DNA of 55,537 nt from an uncultured Planctomycetia bacterium (GCA_964634945.1 CAZWMG010000012.1:1-55537); one strand, 5' to 3'. Positions 1 through 9,810 are shown, counted from the stretch's first letter. Program-made: numbers and translations. Notes: generated by a model from the sequence alone, not told the origin.

Positions 1-261
1 TTCCTTATTCCTTCCGGCCTCTTCATACATTCTTTGGCCTACATCTGCCTTGTACTGCTTTTTCTTCCTTAGTTGAGTATCTAATAAGGTTACTCTGCCT
101 CGTTTGATCTCTCTATAGATTGTTGATCGATCTCGAGCTAATAACTTTGCTATCTCTGATGCACTTTTTTTTGCTTCCAAATACCCTTCTATTTTGTATC
201 TTTCAACCTCATTTAAATGCTTGTATTTCTTCCATTTAGTGGTATTATTATATAGCTCCAT
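1..261 (-). CDS. IS30-family transposase, N-terminal HTH (partial; not in the ORF track)
   Basis: Manual translation gives MELYNNTTKWKKYKHLNEVERYKIEGYLEAKKSASEIAKLLARDRSTIYREIKRG..., matching the IS30 HTH pattern YxHL..ER..IE....S...IA..L.R..STI.REI.R. SD GGAGG lies 5 nt before the ATG. Confidence 0.85.
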   Translation of the reverse strand, partial: MELYNNTTKWKKYKHLNEVERYKIEGYLEAKKSASEIAKLLARDRSTIYREIKRGRVTLLDTQLRKKKQYKADVGQRMYEEAGRNKE

Positions 262-373
262 TAGATCCTCCTGTTTTTTGTTTATTTCACACTTACAAAA
301 TAACAGATTTTTTCGGATCTGTGGAGCTTTATTTTTTAACTCCTATTTGTTGCACTTGTAATTACAATCTTCT
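1..373 (-). mobile_element. IS30-family insertion sequence, left end (truncated by the window edge)
   Basis: Transposase N-terminus at 261..1 plus an IS30-like terminal sequence at about 348-373 (minus strand GAAGATTGTAATTACAAGTGCAACA). The exact element boundary is approximate. Confidence 0.8.
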
Positions 374-437
374 ATTGCTGTCGATAACCGTACTGCGAAG
401 GCATAAGCAATATTCTTATTTGCTTTATTTTTTTATA

Positions 438-1667
438 TTAAAAATAATCAGTGTACAATCTATGGGCATAATCAGCCAATGCTGCTATCCAGTTTTTAGG
501 GCCCATCTTGAATATTGATTTCTTGGACTGTTTAATTATGCTACCCATCTTAAGTAGACCGACAGCAGTTGCGTAAAGATGGCTTGAAATCGGCTTAGGG
601 ACTGAGCCCAAGTTCATTATATGCCCCATCTTTACAGGCAGGTTGAGTATATTTTCCGCTAACTCAAGGACGCCATCCATTACTACGGGCTGGCCACAGA
701 TTACCGCGCCGCTTGAAGCGCTATCAATATACCCGGAAGCATCAAGCTCTTTCTTAATTGCGCTAAAAATGTTGGTATATTCCGTGATAAGTATATCCTT
801 TAGCTTGGTACGGGATATTGTTCTCTTGCGCGATGCTACAATCAGGTCTATCTGCTCATCTTTTTCAGCATCCTCTATCGTATTACATTCTATCTTTAAC
901 TTTTCTGCCATGCCCTCAGGAAGAGAAAGTTGCTCCGCTATTCTTTTAGTTATACTATCTCCGCCTGATGACAAAATCTTTAAAAAGACCGGCCTTGATT
1001 CAATATATACAAGTATCTCTGTTATGTCCGCGCCGATATCAATAAAGACAACACCTAGATTTTTCTCATGCTGTGAAACAGATGAAGCTGATGTTGCCAA
1101 TGGAGAGATAATATAGCCTCCGATACCTATGCCTGCCTGGCTAATAGCTTTTTTTAGATTATCAATAATAGATATCTTTGCTGTAATAAGAAATAGCTCT
1201 GTCTCAAGTTTGATTCCGAACATGCCAACAGGGTTTATAATCCCTTTTTCGCCATCGACAATAAAGCCTCTTCTTGCGGAATAAACAATATCCCGCTCAT
1301 ATGGCATATGTATCGCCTTTGCGTTAGATACTACTCGATTCAAATCATGCCTGGTGATCTCGTTATCTCTATCTGATATTACTACCTCACCATGTGATAG
1401 AATGCCTTTTAGGTGCGTGCCTGAAATATTAAAAAAAGCCGACTGGACTTTTTTTCCGCTCATCTCCTCTGCCTTGTAAACCGCGTCTGAGACAACCTCT
1501 GAAAGAGCTTTTATATCTACTACGACACCTTTTTTTAGGCAGTCGTGATGAGATATACCATAACCTAAAATGTTAAGCATGCCTTTTGATTTGGGGAGCG
1601 CCGCTATAAGGGCACAAGCCTTGGATGCCCCAATATCGATCGCCGTTACAAAGTTCTCTTTTTTCAT
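438..1667 (-). CDS. ftsA: cell division protein FtsA
   Basis: AIDIGASK actin-like phosphate-1 motif, second motif IDIGADITE, C-terminal amphipathic helix, position after ftsQ. Confidence 0.95.
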   Translation of the reverse strand: MKKENFVTAIDIGASKACALIAALPKSKGMLNILGYGISHHDCLKKGVVVDIKALSEVVSDAVYKAEEMSGKKVQSAFFNISGTHLKGILSHGEVVISDRDNEITRHDLNRVVSNAKAIHMPYERDIVYSARRGFIVDGEKGIINPVGMFGIKLETELFLITAKISIIDNLKKAISQAGIGIGGYIISPLATSASSVSQHEKNLGVVFIDIGADITEILVYIESRPVFLKILSSGGDSITKRIAEQLSLPEGMAEKLKIECNTIEDAEKDEQIDLIVASRKRTISRTKLKDILITEYTNIFSAIKKELDASGYIDSASSGAVICGQPVVMDGVLELAENILNLPVKMGHIMNLGSVPKPISSHLYATAVGLLKMGSIIKQSKKSIFKMGPKNWIAALADYAHRLYTDYF

Positions 1668-1710
1668 ACTATATCTCTACCTCTACCTTTACCTTTTCTT
1701 ATTTACACCG

Positions 1711-2526
1711 CTATCTAGGTATCACAACAACGTCCTCAAACCTAAGGTCAATTACTCTGGCCTTCTTATCTTTAGACTCCAACTCATCTATTATCTCCTT
1801 AAGAAGGGGTTCTTTTTCCTTAAAACTGAATTCACCAAGCTCAACCTTTGTTCTGTCTTTCAAGTATAGGGCAGGATTGTTCTTATCATATACGTTTATC
1901 TTTACGACCTCCTGATAGTGGTCTGAAAAATCAGTATCATTAATCTCTTTTATTATCGAGACAGCTCTCCTGAGTCCATCCTCATACCCCTGCTTGGTAG
2001 GCTTGCGCGTTCGCTTGGATATTCTTATGCCCGTTACTATAATCAGATTAGGTTCCTGGGTTATTTGCGCGTTTGGCAGAACAGTTAGGTCATCAGATAT
2101 CAGATAATAATATCCTGAATCAACCTGGCAAACAGGCTTACGTATCTTATAGGTGACAGAGAGCGCATTCGGCAAAACTCTCTGTACAACCACTGCCTTA
2201 ATCTCTGGGCAGGCCTTCTCTATAGCGGCTTCACATATCTTTATATCTGCCCTAAAAATATTATTACCTTTTCTTGTCTCCAGCTTCTTAAGTATAACTG
2301 ACGATGCATTTGTCGATTCATTGCTCAATATTTCTATCTTTTTTATCTTGAAGTAACTTGAATTAAGCAAAAACGATAATGTTACCTTTGCTGTGAATAG
2401 GACTGCCGCAATAATTAAAATATATGGCAGCCCCTTATATGCCAAAGTAGCTATTGACGCTAACGCAGCGTTACCCTGATGGGGCCTCTTCCTTTTCGCA
2501 GCTTTTTTCTTTCTTTTTTTCGCCAT
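1711..2526 (-). CDS. ftsQ: cell division protein FtsQ/DivIB
   Basis: Basic N-tail, single TM, POTRA-like region (FKIKKIEI...VQRVLPNAL), C-terminal IDLRF; lies between ddl and ftsA. Confidence 0.88.
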   Translation of the reverse strand: MAKKRKKKAAKRKRPHQGNAALASIATLAYKGLPYILIIAAVLFTAKVTLSFLLNSSYFKIKKIEILSNESTNASSVILKKLETRKGNNIFRADIKICEAAIEKACPEIKAVVVQRVLPNALSVTYKIRKPVCQVDSGYYYLISDDLTVLPNAQITQEPNLIIVTGIRISKRTRKPTKQGYEDGLRRAVSIIKEINDTDFSDHYQEVVKINVYDKNNPALYLKDRTKVELGEFSFKEKEPLLKEIIDELESKDKKARVIDLRFEDVVVIPR

Positions 2527-2532
2527 GTTTAT

Positions 2533-3522
2533 TTACTCCTTAAATAAGTATTTTTTTCTATTGCTGGTTTTTTTCAATGCCAACCTTATAATCTCAACAC
2601 ACATCTGCCCAAAATCAATTCCCGCCGCTTTTGCGGCTTTTGGAAGAAGACTGGATGAAGTTAATCCCGGAATAGTGTTTACCTCAAGCACTGAAATAGA
2701 GCTATCCTGTTTACTGATAAGCATATCTACCCTGGAGAATGAATCACACCCTAACGCTTGATGTGCCAAAAGAGCGAGCTGCTGAACTCTTTTAGTAGTT
2801 CTTTCAGATAAATGCGCAGGGACAACATATTCACTCATGCCACTTGTATATTTAGCCTCAAAATTATAAAACTCCTCTTTTGGTTTTATGCTGACCACCG
2901 GAAGCGGAGTCTCATCCAATATGCCTACGGTTACATCATCTCCATCTATGTATCTCTCAACTATAATATGATCATCATACCTAAAAGCCTCATCCAGGGC
3001 CATAGCTATCATATCATAAGCGCGAACGATACTCATGCCTATACTTGACCCCTCCTTAGATGGTTTCACAACAAATGGTAATGGAAATACAGGCAGACTG
3101 TTCCCTCTTAAGAAAGATTCTCGCTGGTTATTAGACAAAACGATATAATTTGGAGTAGGTATATTATGCTCTATAAATACCTCTTTTGAGGCTATCTTGT
3201 CTAATGCGATCCGGCTTGCCTGTACCCCGGATCCTATATAGGGAATACCCGCCTCATCAAGCAATCGCTGTACACCTCCATCCTCTCCGAATCTGCCGTG
3301 CAATGCGATAAACGCTACACCTATTTCCGATACCTCTATCTCTTTTGTAAAAGAAGGTATATTTTTAACATCTATTTTTATCACATCATAGCCTAAAGAA
3401 AGAAGCGCGTCATAGACAGCATTGCCACTTTTTATCGAGATGGCGCGTTCGCTTGAGGGGCCTCCAAGAAGCACACCTATCCTACCTACACTATTCTTAT
3501 CCAAAACTTCTCCCATTTTCAC
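2533..3522 (-). CDS. ddl: D-alanine--D-alanine ligase
   Basis: Motifs GGPSSER, LHGRFGEDG, GSSIG, YNFEAKY and EVNTIPG. Confidence 0.96.
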   Translation of the reverse strand: MKMGEVLDKNSVGRIGVLLGGPSSERAISIKSGNAVYDALLSLGYDVIKIDVKNIPSFTKEIEVSEIGVAFIALHGRFGEDGGVQRLLDEAGIPYIGSGVQASRIALDKIASKEVFIEHNIPTPNYIVLSNNQRESFLRGNSLPVFPLPFVVKPSKEGSSIGMSIVRAYDMIAMALDEAFRYDDHIIVERYIDGDDVTVGILDETPLPVVSIKPKEEFYNFEAKYTSGMSEYVVPAHLSERTTKRVQQLALLAHQALGCDSFSRVDMLISKQDSSISVLEVNTIPGLTSSSLLPKAAKAAGIDFGQMCVEIIRLALKKTSNRKKYLFKE

Positions 3523-3586
3523 TTATCACCCAATATCTTTCCAGTATCTTGCATCCAGCATCTAGCATCTAGTTAGAACTTAACTT

Positions 3587-4516
3587 TTACCACCCTATCA
3601 CCTCTATTTCCTGCTCAAGAATTACGCCTTCTTTTAAACCTACTCTTTTCTTTATAAGCTGGATTAATTCCAACACATCCCTTGCTGTCGCCTTGCCTTT
3701 ATTAATAATAAAATTGGCGTGCTTATATGAAACCATAGCGCCGCCTACCCTTCTCCCTTTTAAGCCGCATCTATCTATTAGTTCGCCAGCGCTGCTTTGT
3801 TTGTTTTTCGGATTTTTAAAAATACATCCCGCGCTTGGGGCGCTATAATCCTGTGTTAAAAGCCTTTCCTCAATATGACCTATCGCCCTATCCCGCACAA
3901 TCGTTTGCTTTGATCTCTTAAGCGCGAATGTAGCTGATACTATTACTAAACCCCTTATATCGCTAGAGCGATAACCAAGGCCCGCTTCTTTCCCGCTTAA
4001 GGTTATCGAATTACCAGAGGGGTCGATACACCTGATCTGCTTTAGTATCTCTGATACATTCCTCTGATGCGCTCCTGCGTTCTGAATAATAGCGCCTCCG
4101 ATAGTTCCTGGTATGCCTACTAGAAATTCAGCGCCGCTTAAACCATTCCTTTCAGCAATGTCACAGAATCTATTTAAACTAAGTCCCGCGCCGCAGATTA
4201 TATCATTTCCACAAACAACCGTTCTTTTGAAAAATGGTGTAGAAAGTTTTACAAATATTTTTCGCGTACCTTTATCAGATACAATTACATTGCTACCGTT
4301 TCCTAATGGCAATAAAGTTATCCTATATCTGTTACATAAGAGAATTATCTCAATCAAATCACTCATCTGCTTTGGCATATATAGAGCCCTTGCGGGGCCA
4401 CCGACGCGCATAGTCGTGTATGACTTCATTTTAGCCCCATGCCTAAAGCTACCTGTAAGGCCGGAAAAGATCGTCTCTTGAGTAGATTTTTCACACACTT
4501 GTCTAGGCAAACTCAT
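3587..4516 (-). CDS. murB: UDP-N-acetylenolpyruvoylglucosamine reductase
   Basis: Motifs GNGSN, GIPGTIGGAIIQNAGA, SAGCIFKNP and HANFIIN. Confidence 0.96.
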   Translation of the reverse strand: MSLPRQVCEKSTQETIFSGLTGSFRHGAKMKSYTTMRVGGPARALYMPKQMSDLIEIILLCNRYRITLLPLGNGSNVIVSDKGTRKIFVKLSTPFFKRTVVCGNDIICGAGLSLNRFCDIAERNGLSGAEFLVGIPGTIGGAIIQNAGAHQRNVSEILKQIRCIDPSGNSITLSGKEAGLGYRSSDIRGLVIVSATFALKRSKQTIVRDRAIGHIEERLLTQDYSAPSAGCIFKNPKNKQSSAGELIDRCGLKGRRVGGAMVSYKHANFIINKGKATARDVLELIQLIKKRVGLKEGVILEQEIEVIGW

Positions 4517-5891
4517 TATCCTTTTTGCGTTGTAGGCGTGTGATAAATTCGCCTGAAAGCCTTCCTATGTCCCCTGCCCCTAAAAAGAGCAGTATATCTC
4601 CCGGCTTAACAAAATTTATAAGGTAATCCAAAAGCCGGCTTTTTACTATGTAATTGGCGTTTATTTTTTTTGTCTTTAATATCTCATTATAAATATTCAT
4701 TGAGGTAACTCCAAACATAGGCTTCTCATTTGCTGCGTATATATCCATTAGTATCAGATAATCCGTATCAAAGAAGGCTTGCGCAAATTCTTTTTTAAGA
4801 AATTTAGTTCTTGTAAAACGATGCGGCTGAAATATTGATATTAGGCGCTTGCATTTCATATTTCTCGCGACCTTAAGCGTTGCCTTTATCTCTGTGGGGT
4901 GGTGGGCATAATCATCTATTATTGTTATGTCATTTATATGTGCCTTGATCTGAAAACGACGTTCCGCACCTTTATACTGATATATAGCTGATCTTATCGC
5001 GTCCGGCGCGAGGCCGATCTCTAATCCTGTCAAAATCGCGGCCATACTGTTTAAAATATTATGCTCGCCCGGGACACGCAACCTAAATGAACCTATGTCA
5101 TTGCCTTCATATAGGCAGGTAAACTCGGATTCCATGGCTTTCATATTAATTATATCGTAACTGAGATTGTTCTTTTTTGATCGTCCATATCTTAGTACCC
5201 TTGCCTCCAGATTCCTTGTAATTTTCTTTATATGGGGGTCTTCCCCCCAACATATAACAGCCCCTCCATGTTTAGTCTTGTTCATAAATTTCAAATAGGC
5301 ATTTCTTATCTGCTCTATATTATCATAATAATCAAGGTGTTCGAGATCTATATTAGTAATGATACTGTAATCAGGATTAAGATGCAGAAAAGATCCATCA
5401 GATTCATCCGCCTCCACAACAAAATGTGCGCCATCACCGATAAACGCGTTACCATTAAGATAGGGCACTAAGGCGCCTACTATACCGCTTGGCGTAAGAT
5501 TGACCTCCTTGAGCATTGTCGATACCATGGAAGATGTGGTTGTCTTGCCATGCGCTCCTGTAACCGCGATACATTTTTTCCCCTCGGCAAGATAAGTTAA
5601 AAATTCCCCTCTCTTAAATACCGGTATATTTTTCTTATTGGCTTCCGAGAGTTCCGGGTTATTCGTTAAGACCGCTGATGAATAAACAACGATATCGATC
5701 TCCTTAACATTTTCCCACCTGTGTCCGATATCTATTTTAGCGCCCTCGCTTCTTAACTTATCTATGATATTGCTCGATTTTATATCAGACCCGCTTATCT
5801 TGTGTCCCTTCTTAAGGCATAGCCATGCTATGCCACTCATACCTATACCGCCAATGCCTATAAAATGAATCTTTTTGGGGCTACTCAGCAT
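4503..5891 (-). CDS. murC: UDP-N-acetylmuramate--L-alanine ligase
   Basis: Motifs IGIGGIGMSG, GAHGKTTT, EADESD, DDYAHHPTEI and FQPHR. Confidence 0.97.
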   Translation of the reverse strand: MLSSPKKIHFIGIGGIGMSGIAWLCLKKGHKISGSDIKSSNIIDKLRSEGAKIDIGHRWENVKEIDIVVYSSAVLTNNPELSEANKKNIPVFKRGEFLTYLAEGKKCIAVTGAHGKTTTSSMVSTMLKEVNLTPSGIVGALVPYLNGNAFIGDGAHFVVEADESDGSFLHLNPDYSIITNIDLEHLDYYDNIEQIRNAYLKFMNKTKHGGAVICWGEDPHIKKITRNLEARVLRYGRSKKNNLSYDIINMKAMESEFTCLYEGNDIGSFRLRVPGEHNILNSMAAILTGLEIGLAPDAIRSAIYQYKGAERRFQIKAHINDITIIDDYAHHPTEIKATLKVARNMKCKRLISIFQPHRFTRTKFLKKEFAQAFFDTDYLILMDIYAANEKPMFGVTSMNIYNEILKTKKINANYIVKSRLLDYLINFVKPGDILLFLGAGDIGRLSGEFITRLQRKKDNEFA

Positions 5892-6984
5892 CTACAAGCT
5901 CCTTAACTGTGCCTGCCAGAGTTTTAGCAGCCTCGGGTTTTGAAAATAACCGCATGTTTGTAACCATTCTTTTCATTCCACTCTCATCGCTAATAATAGA
6001 AAATATCTTCTCTTTAAGCTTTTTTGGGGACAATTTAGACTCCTTAAGCATTACCGCCGCGCCTTCTCGTGCGATACATGCGGCATTATCCTTCTGATGG
6101 CTGCCTGCCCATGGATATGGTATAAATAAGGCGGGTATTCCAAAAAACGCTACCTCTGAAATCGTAGCGGCACCTGCACGGGATATCACCATATCTGAGG
6201 CTTTATAAGCAATGGCCATCTTATCATGAAAACCTCTTACCCAGTGTATTATCTTGTTTACTCTATATGTCCGCTCCACTATTTCACGATCCTTGTATCC
6301 TGCTATATGAATTATTTGAATGCGATCTCTTTGCTCAGGGTCAAGAATTTTAACCATATCCATCATCGCCTTATTAATTACTGAAGCACCTCTGCTTCCT
6401 CCAAGGACAAGTAGTGTCTTTCTTTCTTTGGAGAACCTAAACGCCTTAAGCGCCTCATCGTTGGTAACCATCTTAAACCCATCTAAAAGCTCCTGCCTTA
6501 TGGGGTTACCGGTTAAAATACACTTTGAGTGGTTCTTCATTAGCGGGCTCTTAAAACTCAAACAGGCCCTATCAACCACATTAAAGAGTATACTATTGGC
6601 GCGGCCTAATAAAACATTTTGCTCATGTATCAGTGTTTTTATGCCCATTGAAGCCGCTGTTTGTATCACCGGACCTGATATATATGCCCCGAAACCTATA
6701 GCGACATTGGGATTTATCTGCGCGACAATAGGCTCCGCGTCTAGTCGTGAATTAATAAGTTTGACGATAAAAAGAGGCCACATACCTGAGATACCATAAG
6801 GCATCTTAGGAACATTGATAACCATAAAATCAAAACCCGCCTCTTTTATCAGGGCCCTGCTTGCCATGCTATCATCTATAACAAACACGGAATCATTAAA
6901 ACCTCTTCTTTTAAGCTCTTGGGCAAGGCCGATAGCGGGAAATATATGCCCTCCTGTACCACCGCACGCTATAAGTATTCTCAT
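5881..6984 (-). CDS. murG: lipid II N-acetylglucosaminyltransferase MurG
   Basis: Motifs GGTGGHIFP, HEQN, GNPIR, GGSRGA and RAGAATISE. Confidence 0.97.
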   Translation of the reverse strand: MRILIACGGTGGHIFPAIGLAQELKRRGFNDSVFVIDDSMASRALIKEAGFDFMVINVPKMPYGISGMWPLFIVKLINSRLDAEPIVAQINPNVAIGFGAYISGPVIQTAASMGIKTLIHEQNVLLGRANSILFNVVDRACLSFKSPLMKNHSKCILTGNPIRQELLDGFKMVTNDEALKAFRFSKERKTLLVLGGSRGASVINKAMMDMVKILDPEQRDRIQIIHIAGYKDREIVERTYRVNKIIHWVRGFHDKMAIAYKASDMVISRAGAATISEVAFFGIPALFIPYPWAGSHQKDNAACIAREGAAVMLKESKLSPKKLKEKIFSIISDESGMKRMVTNMRLFSKPEAAKTLAGTVKELVDAE

Positions 6985-7052
6985 CCTATTACTCTTCGGT
7001 CTTTAATATTTGGTTTTCGGCGATAACCAAAAACCAAAAACCGCGAACCGAA

Positions 7053-8138
7053 TTATCTCCTATGTTTTGCTATATTCAACAACAACCCTACGCTTGCCAG
7101 ACTGTAGACAAGTGAGGTGCCTCCATAGCTTATAAATGGTAAAGGCATTCCTTTTGTAGGTATCGAACCTGTAACCGCCGCAATATTTATTATAACCTGT
7201 AAGGCCAGCATCGTAACTAGTCCAAAAGCCAGAAACTGGCCAAATAGATCCCTTGCTGAATACGCTATCCTAAAACCTATCCATATAAACACCGCAAAAA
7301 GCGCAACGATACCCAATGTACCAACAAGTCCAAGCTCCTCACCAATTATGGAAAAAATGAAATCTGTGTGTGCCTCAGGCAGATAAAATAATTTCTGCTT
7401 GGAATGCGCGAGCCCTACACCAAAAAGCCCGCCTGTGCCCATAGCTACCATTGACTGTATTATCTGAAAGCCTGACCCCTTTGGGTCGTTCCAAGGGTTC
7501 CAAAAAGCCATTACCCGCTTTATGCGATAGGGCTTCATCACTATGAGTCCTATGACGGCAAGCAAGCCAGGCACCATCATAATACCTAACTGCTTTATAT
7601 CGACTCCCGCGATAAACGCCATAATAATTATCAGAAGGGCTAAAGCTACAGCGGTCCCAAGATCAGGCTCCAGCAATATAAGTAAGATACAGACACCCAA
7701 TGCTATCATAAGGGGCAAGAAACCATAAAGAAAATCCTTGATCTCTGATTGCTTTCGGGCAAGTACATCCGCCGCGTAAAAGACAAGTGCCATCTTTGCT
7801 ATCTCTGAAGGCTGAAAACTGATTGAACCTAAACTTATCCAGCGCCTTGCGCCACCGGCACTCCTGCCTACACCAGGTATAAATACCGCTACAAGCAGTA
7901 GTATGGAAAAGATCAAAAACGGTTTTGTAAAATTCTTAAGCTTGCCATAATCAAAACTCATAAGGGCCACCGCGCCTATGATGCCGAGAAGCATAAAGAT
8001 AAGGTGCCTTTTTAAAAAATAGGCACTACTTCCATAAGATTCATAAGCAAAAGCAGAGCTTGAAGAGTATATCATCACTGTGCCTATGGCAAGCAAAATC
8101 GTTGTAACTAAAAAAAGGTTTATACGTATCTGTCTCAT
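7053..8138 (-). CDS. ftsW: peptidoglycan glycosyltransferase FtsW
   Basis: SEDS motifs RW..G..FQPSE, EPDLGT, LPEAHTDFIF and PFISYGG; dcw position. Confidence 0.95.
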   Translation of the reverse strand: MRQIRINLFLVTTILLAIGTVMIYSSSSAFAYESYGSSAYFLKRHLIFMLLGIIGAVALMSFDYGKLKNFTKPFLIFSILLLVAVFIPGVGRSAGGARRWISLGSISFQPSEIAKMALVFYAADVLARKQSEIKDFLYGFLPLMIALGVCILLILLEPDLGTAVALALLIIIMAFIAGVDIKQLGIMMVPGLLAVIGLIVMKPYRIKRVMAFWNPWNDPKGSGFQIIQSMVAMGTGGLFGVGLAHSKQKLFYLPEAHTDFIFSIIGEELGLVGTLGIVALFAVFIWIGFRIAYSARDLFGQFLAFGLVTMLALQVIINIAAVTGSIPTKGMPLPFISYGGTSLVYSLASVGLLLNIAKHRR

Positions 8139-9583
8139 GTTTTCATCGTGCGTCGTGCGTCGTGCGTATTGCGTAATCTCAATACTGCCCGTTGAAATGC
8201 GTCACCACGGTCCTTATAATTGGAAAACATGTCAAAGCTCGCACACATGGGGGAGAGCAAAACCGTATCCCCTGCTACAGCTTTATCCCTGCATATAGCA
8301 ACAGCCTTATTCATAGAGGAGGCTTCGAGAATATTTACAGCGCCCACAAGATCATCTTGTATCTTCTTCTTGGACTCTCCTATCAGTACCATGGATATTA
8401 CTTTCTTCTTTACCGTCTCTCTTATAACCTTATAGTCACTGCCCTTATCTCTTCCACCCGCGATAAGTATGACACGTTCATCAAATGAGTCCAATGCTGC
8501 TTTACAGGCATCAACGGTCGTTGCCTTGGAATCATCTATATATCTTACTCCATCAATGACAGAGACCTGCTGAAGGCGATGGTCAAGCCCTTTAAATAAT
8601 GTAAGCGCGGTTCTGATATCTTGCAACGCTGCCCCCGCAAGATATGAACACAAACTGGCAGCGAGTGCATTTGATATATTATGCTTTCCAATCAGCTGCA
8701 TATCATTTACAGAGCATATCCTTAACTCTTCTGAATCGATGTTGAGCACAAGTTCATCTTGATTAAAATAAGCTCCTCTGACTTTTTTCTTTACGCTGTA
8801 ATAATATACATTAGCGCCAGGTTCACGGCCAAGTGCTTTTATCTTATTGTCATCGTAATTTAAAACACAAAAATCATGGCTATCTTGATTTCTATATATA
8901 TTCTTCTTGGATGTAAAATAATCAATAAGATCTCCATGCCAATCCAAATGGTTCTGTGTAATATTTGCTATAAGGGCTATCTTCGGCTTAAACTTATCTA
9001 TTCTTTTAAGCTGAAAAGAGCTAACCTCTAAAACTACGGGTTGATCTTGGGCTATAGAAGAGACCTCACCGGAAAAAACCCTCCCTATATTGCCGCAGAC
9101 AATCGGGCTCCTGCCTGATTGCTCAAGCATTAAACCTATAAGCGTAACGATAGTGCTTTTTCCATTTGTACCTGTAACCGCTATAATAGGCCCCTTACAT
9201 AACCGATACGCTAACTCGATCTCGCTTATTACAGGTATGGATTTTTTTTCTGCTATGCTCACTACAGCGGAATTATCCTTAACACCAGGACTAACAACGA
9301 GAAAATCGGAATCTTCTACAAGCGCCTGAGTGTAACCACCAAGCTCTACCCTAATATCTTTCGACTCTAGGCGCTTAGCGATCTGTAGTAACTCACTGTT
9401 GGCATTTGAATCCGTGCAATAGACAAAAGCGCCTCTTTGCTTAAGTATCAAAGATGCGGACTGACCGCTGATCCCTAAACCAACTACTATCACTTTTTTA
9501 TTCTTTAGATTAAAGGGGGCACCCCTAAGTACGTTATCAACTTGGTTTTTCATATTTTTATTAAGCACGTCTTTGGAATTCAT
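8135..9583 (-). CDS. murD: UDP-MurNAc-L-Ala--D-glutamate ligase, with a repeat-derived 24-aa N-terminal leader
   Basis: Motifs VVGLGISG, SPGV, GTNGKST, EVSSFQL, DDSKAT and LSPMCASFD. The start codon lies inside the 9511-9623 element. Confidence 0.96.
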   Translation of the reverse strand: MNSKDVLNKNMKNQVDNVLRGAPFNLKNKKVIVVGLGISGQSASLILKQRGAFVYCTDSNANSELLQIAKRLESKDIRVELGGYTQALVEDSDFLVVSPGVKDNSAVVSIAEKKSIPVISEIELAYRLCKGPIIAVTGTNGKSTIVTLIGLMLEQSGRSPIVCGNIGRVFSGEVSSIAQDQPVVLEVSSFQLKRIDKFKPKIALIANITQNHLDWHGDLIDYFTSKKNIYRNQDSHDFCVLNYDDNKIKALGREPGANVYYYSVKKKVRGAYFNQDELVLNIDSEELRICSVNDMQLIGKHNISNALAASLCSYLAGAALQDIRTALTLFKGLDHRLQQVSVIDGVRYIDDSKATTVDACKAALDSFDERVILIAGGRDKGSDYKVIRETVKKKVISMVLIGESKKKIQDDLVGAVNILEASSMNKAVAICRDKAVAGDTVLLSPMCASFDMFSNYKDRGDAFQRAVLRLRNTHDARRTMKT

Positions 9584-9623
9584 AAATTTTTGTATTTTTC
9601 TATTCTTAGGGATGTCCCCTTTA
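9511..9623. mobile_element. ~113-bp inverted-repeat cassette (MITE/REPIN-like), copy 1, overlapping the murD start
   Basis: Imperfect terminal inverted repeats taaagggggcacccctaag / cttagggatgtccccttta. A 24-nt core is identical to the copy at 47238-47345. Confidence 0.7.
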
Positions 9624-9665
9624 GGACCGTTTAGTTGTAAGGATTAAGCAACAAACCTGATCCTT

Positions 9666-9800
9666 AAATTCTAAATCCTAAGCTCTAAACTCTAAACAAT
9701 ATCAAATTACCAAAATTCAAATGCTCAAAACAAAAGTTTTGAATTTTGAAAATTAGAATTTTGAATTTGTTTAGTATTTAGATATTAAAGTTTAGTATTT
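9666..9800. repeat. ~135-bp imperfect palindrome built from converging 7-mer units
   Basis: Left arm aaattct-aaatcct-aagctct-aaactct-aaac, centre tcaaaac-aaaa-gttttga, right arm gtttagtatttagatattaaagtttagtattt. Confidence 0.75.
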
Positions 9801-9810
9801 ATTTTCTCCC

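Noticed and set aside
2533-3522. D-Ala-D-Lac (vancomycin-resistance type) ligase
   Set aside because: The omega loop keeps the Tyr of EAKY and the gene sits in the dcw cluster; an ordinary Ddl.
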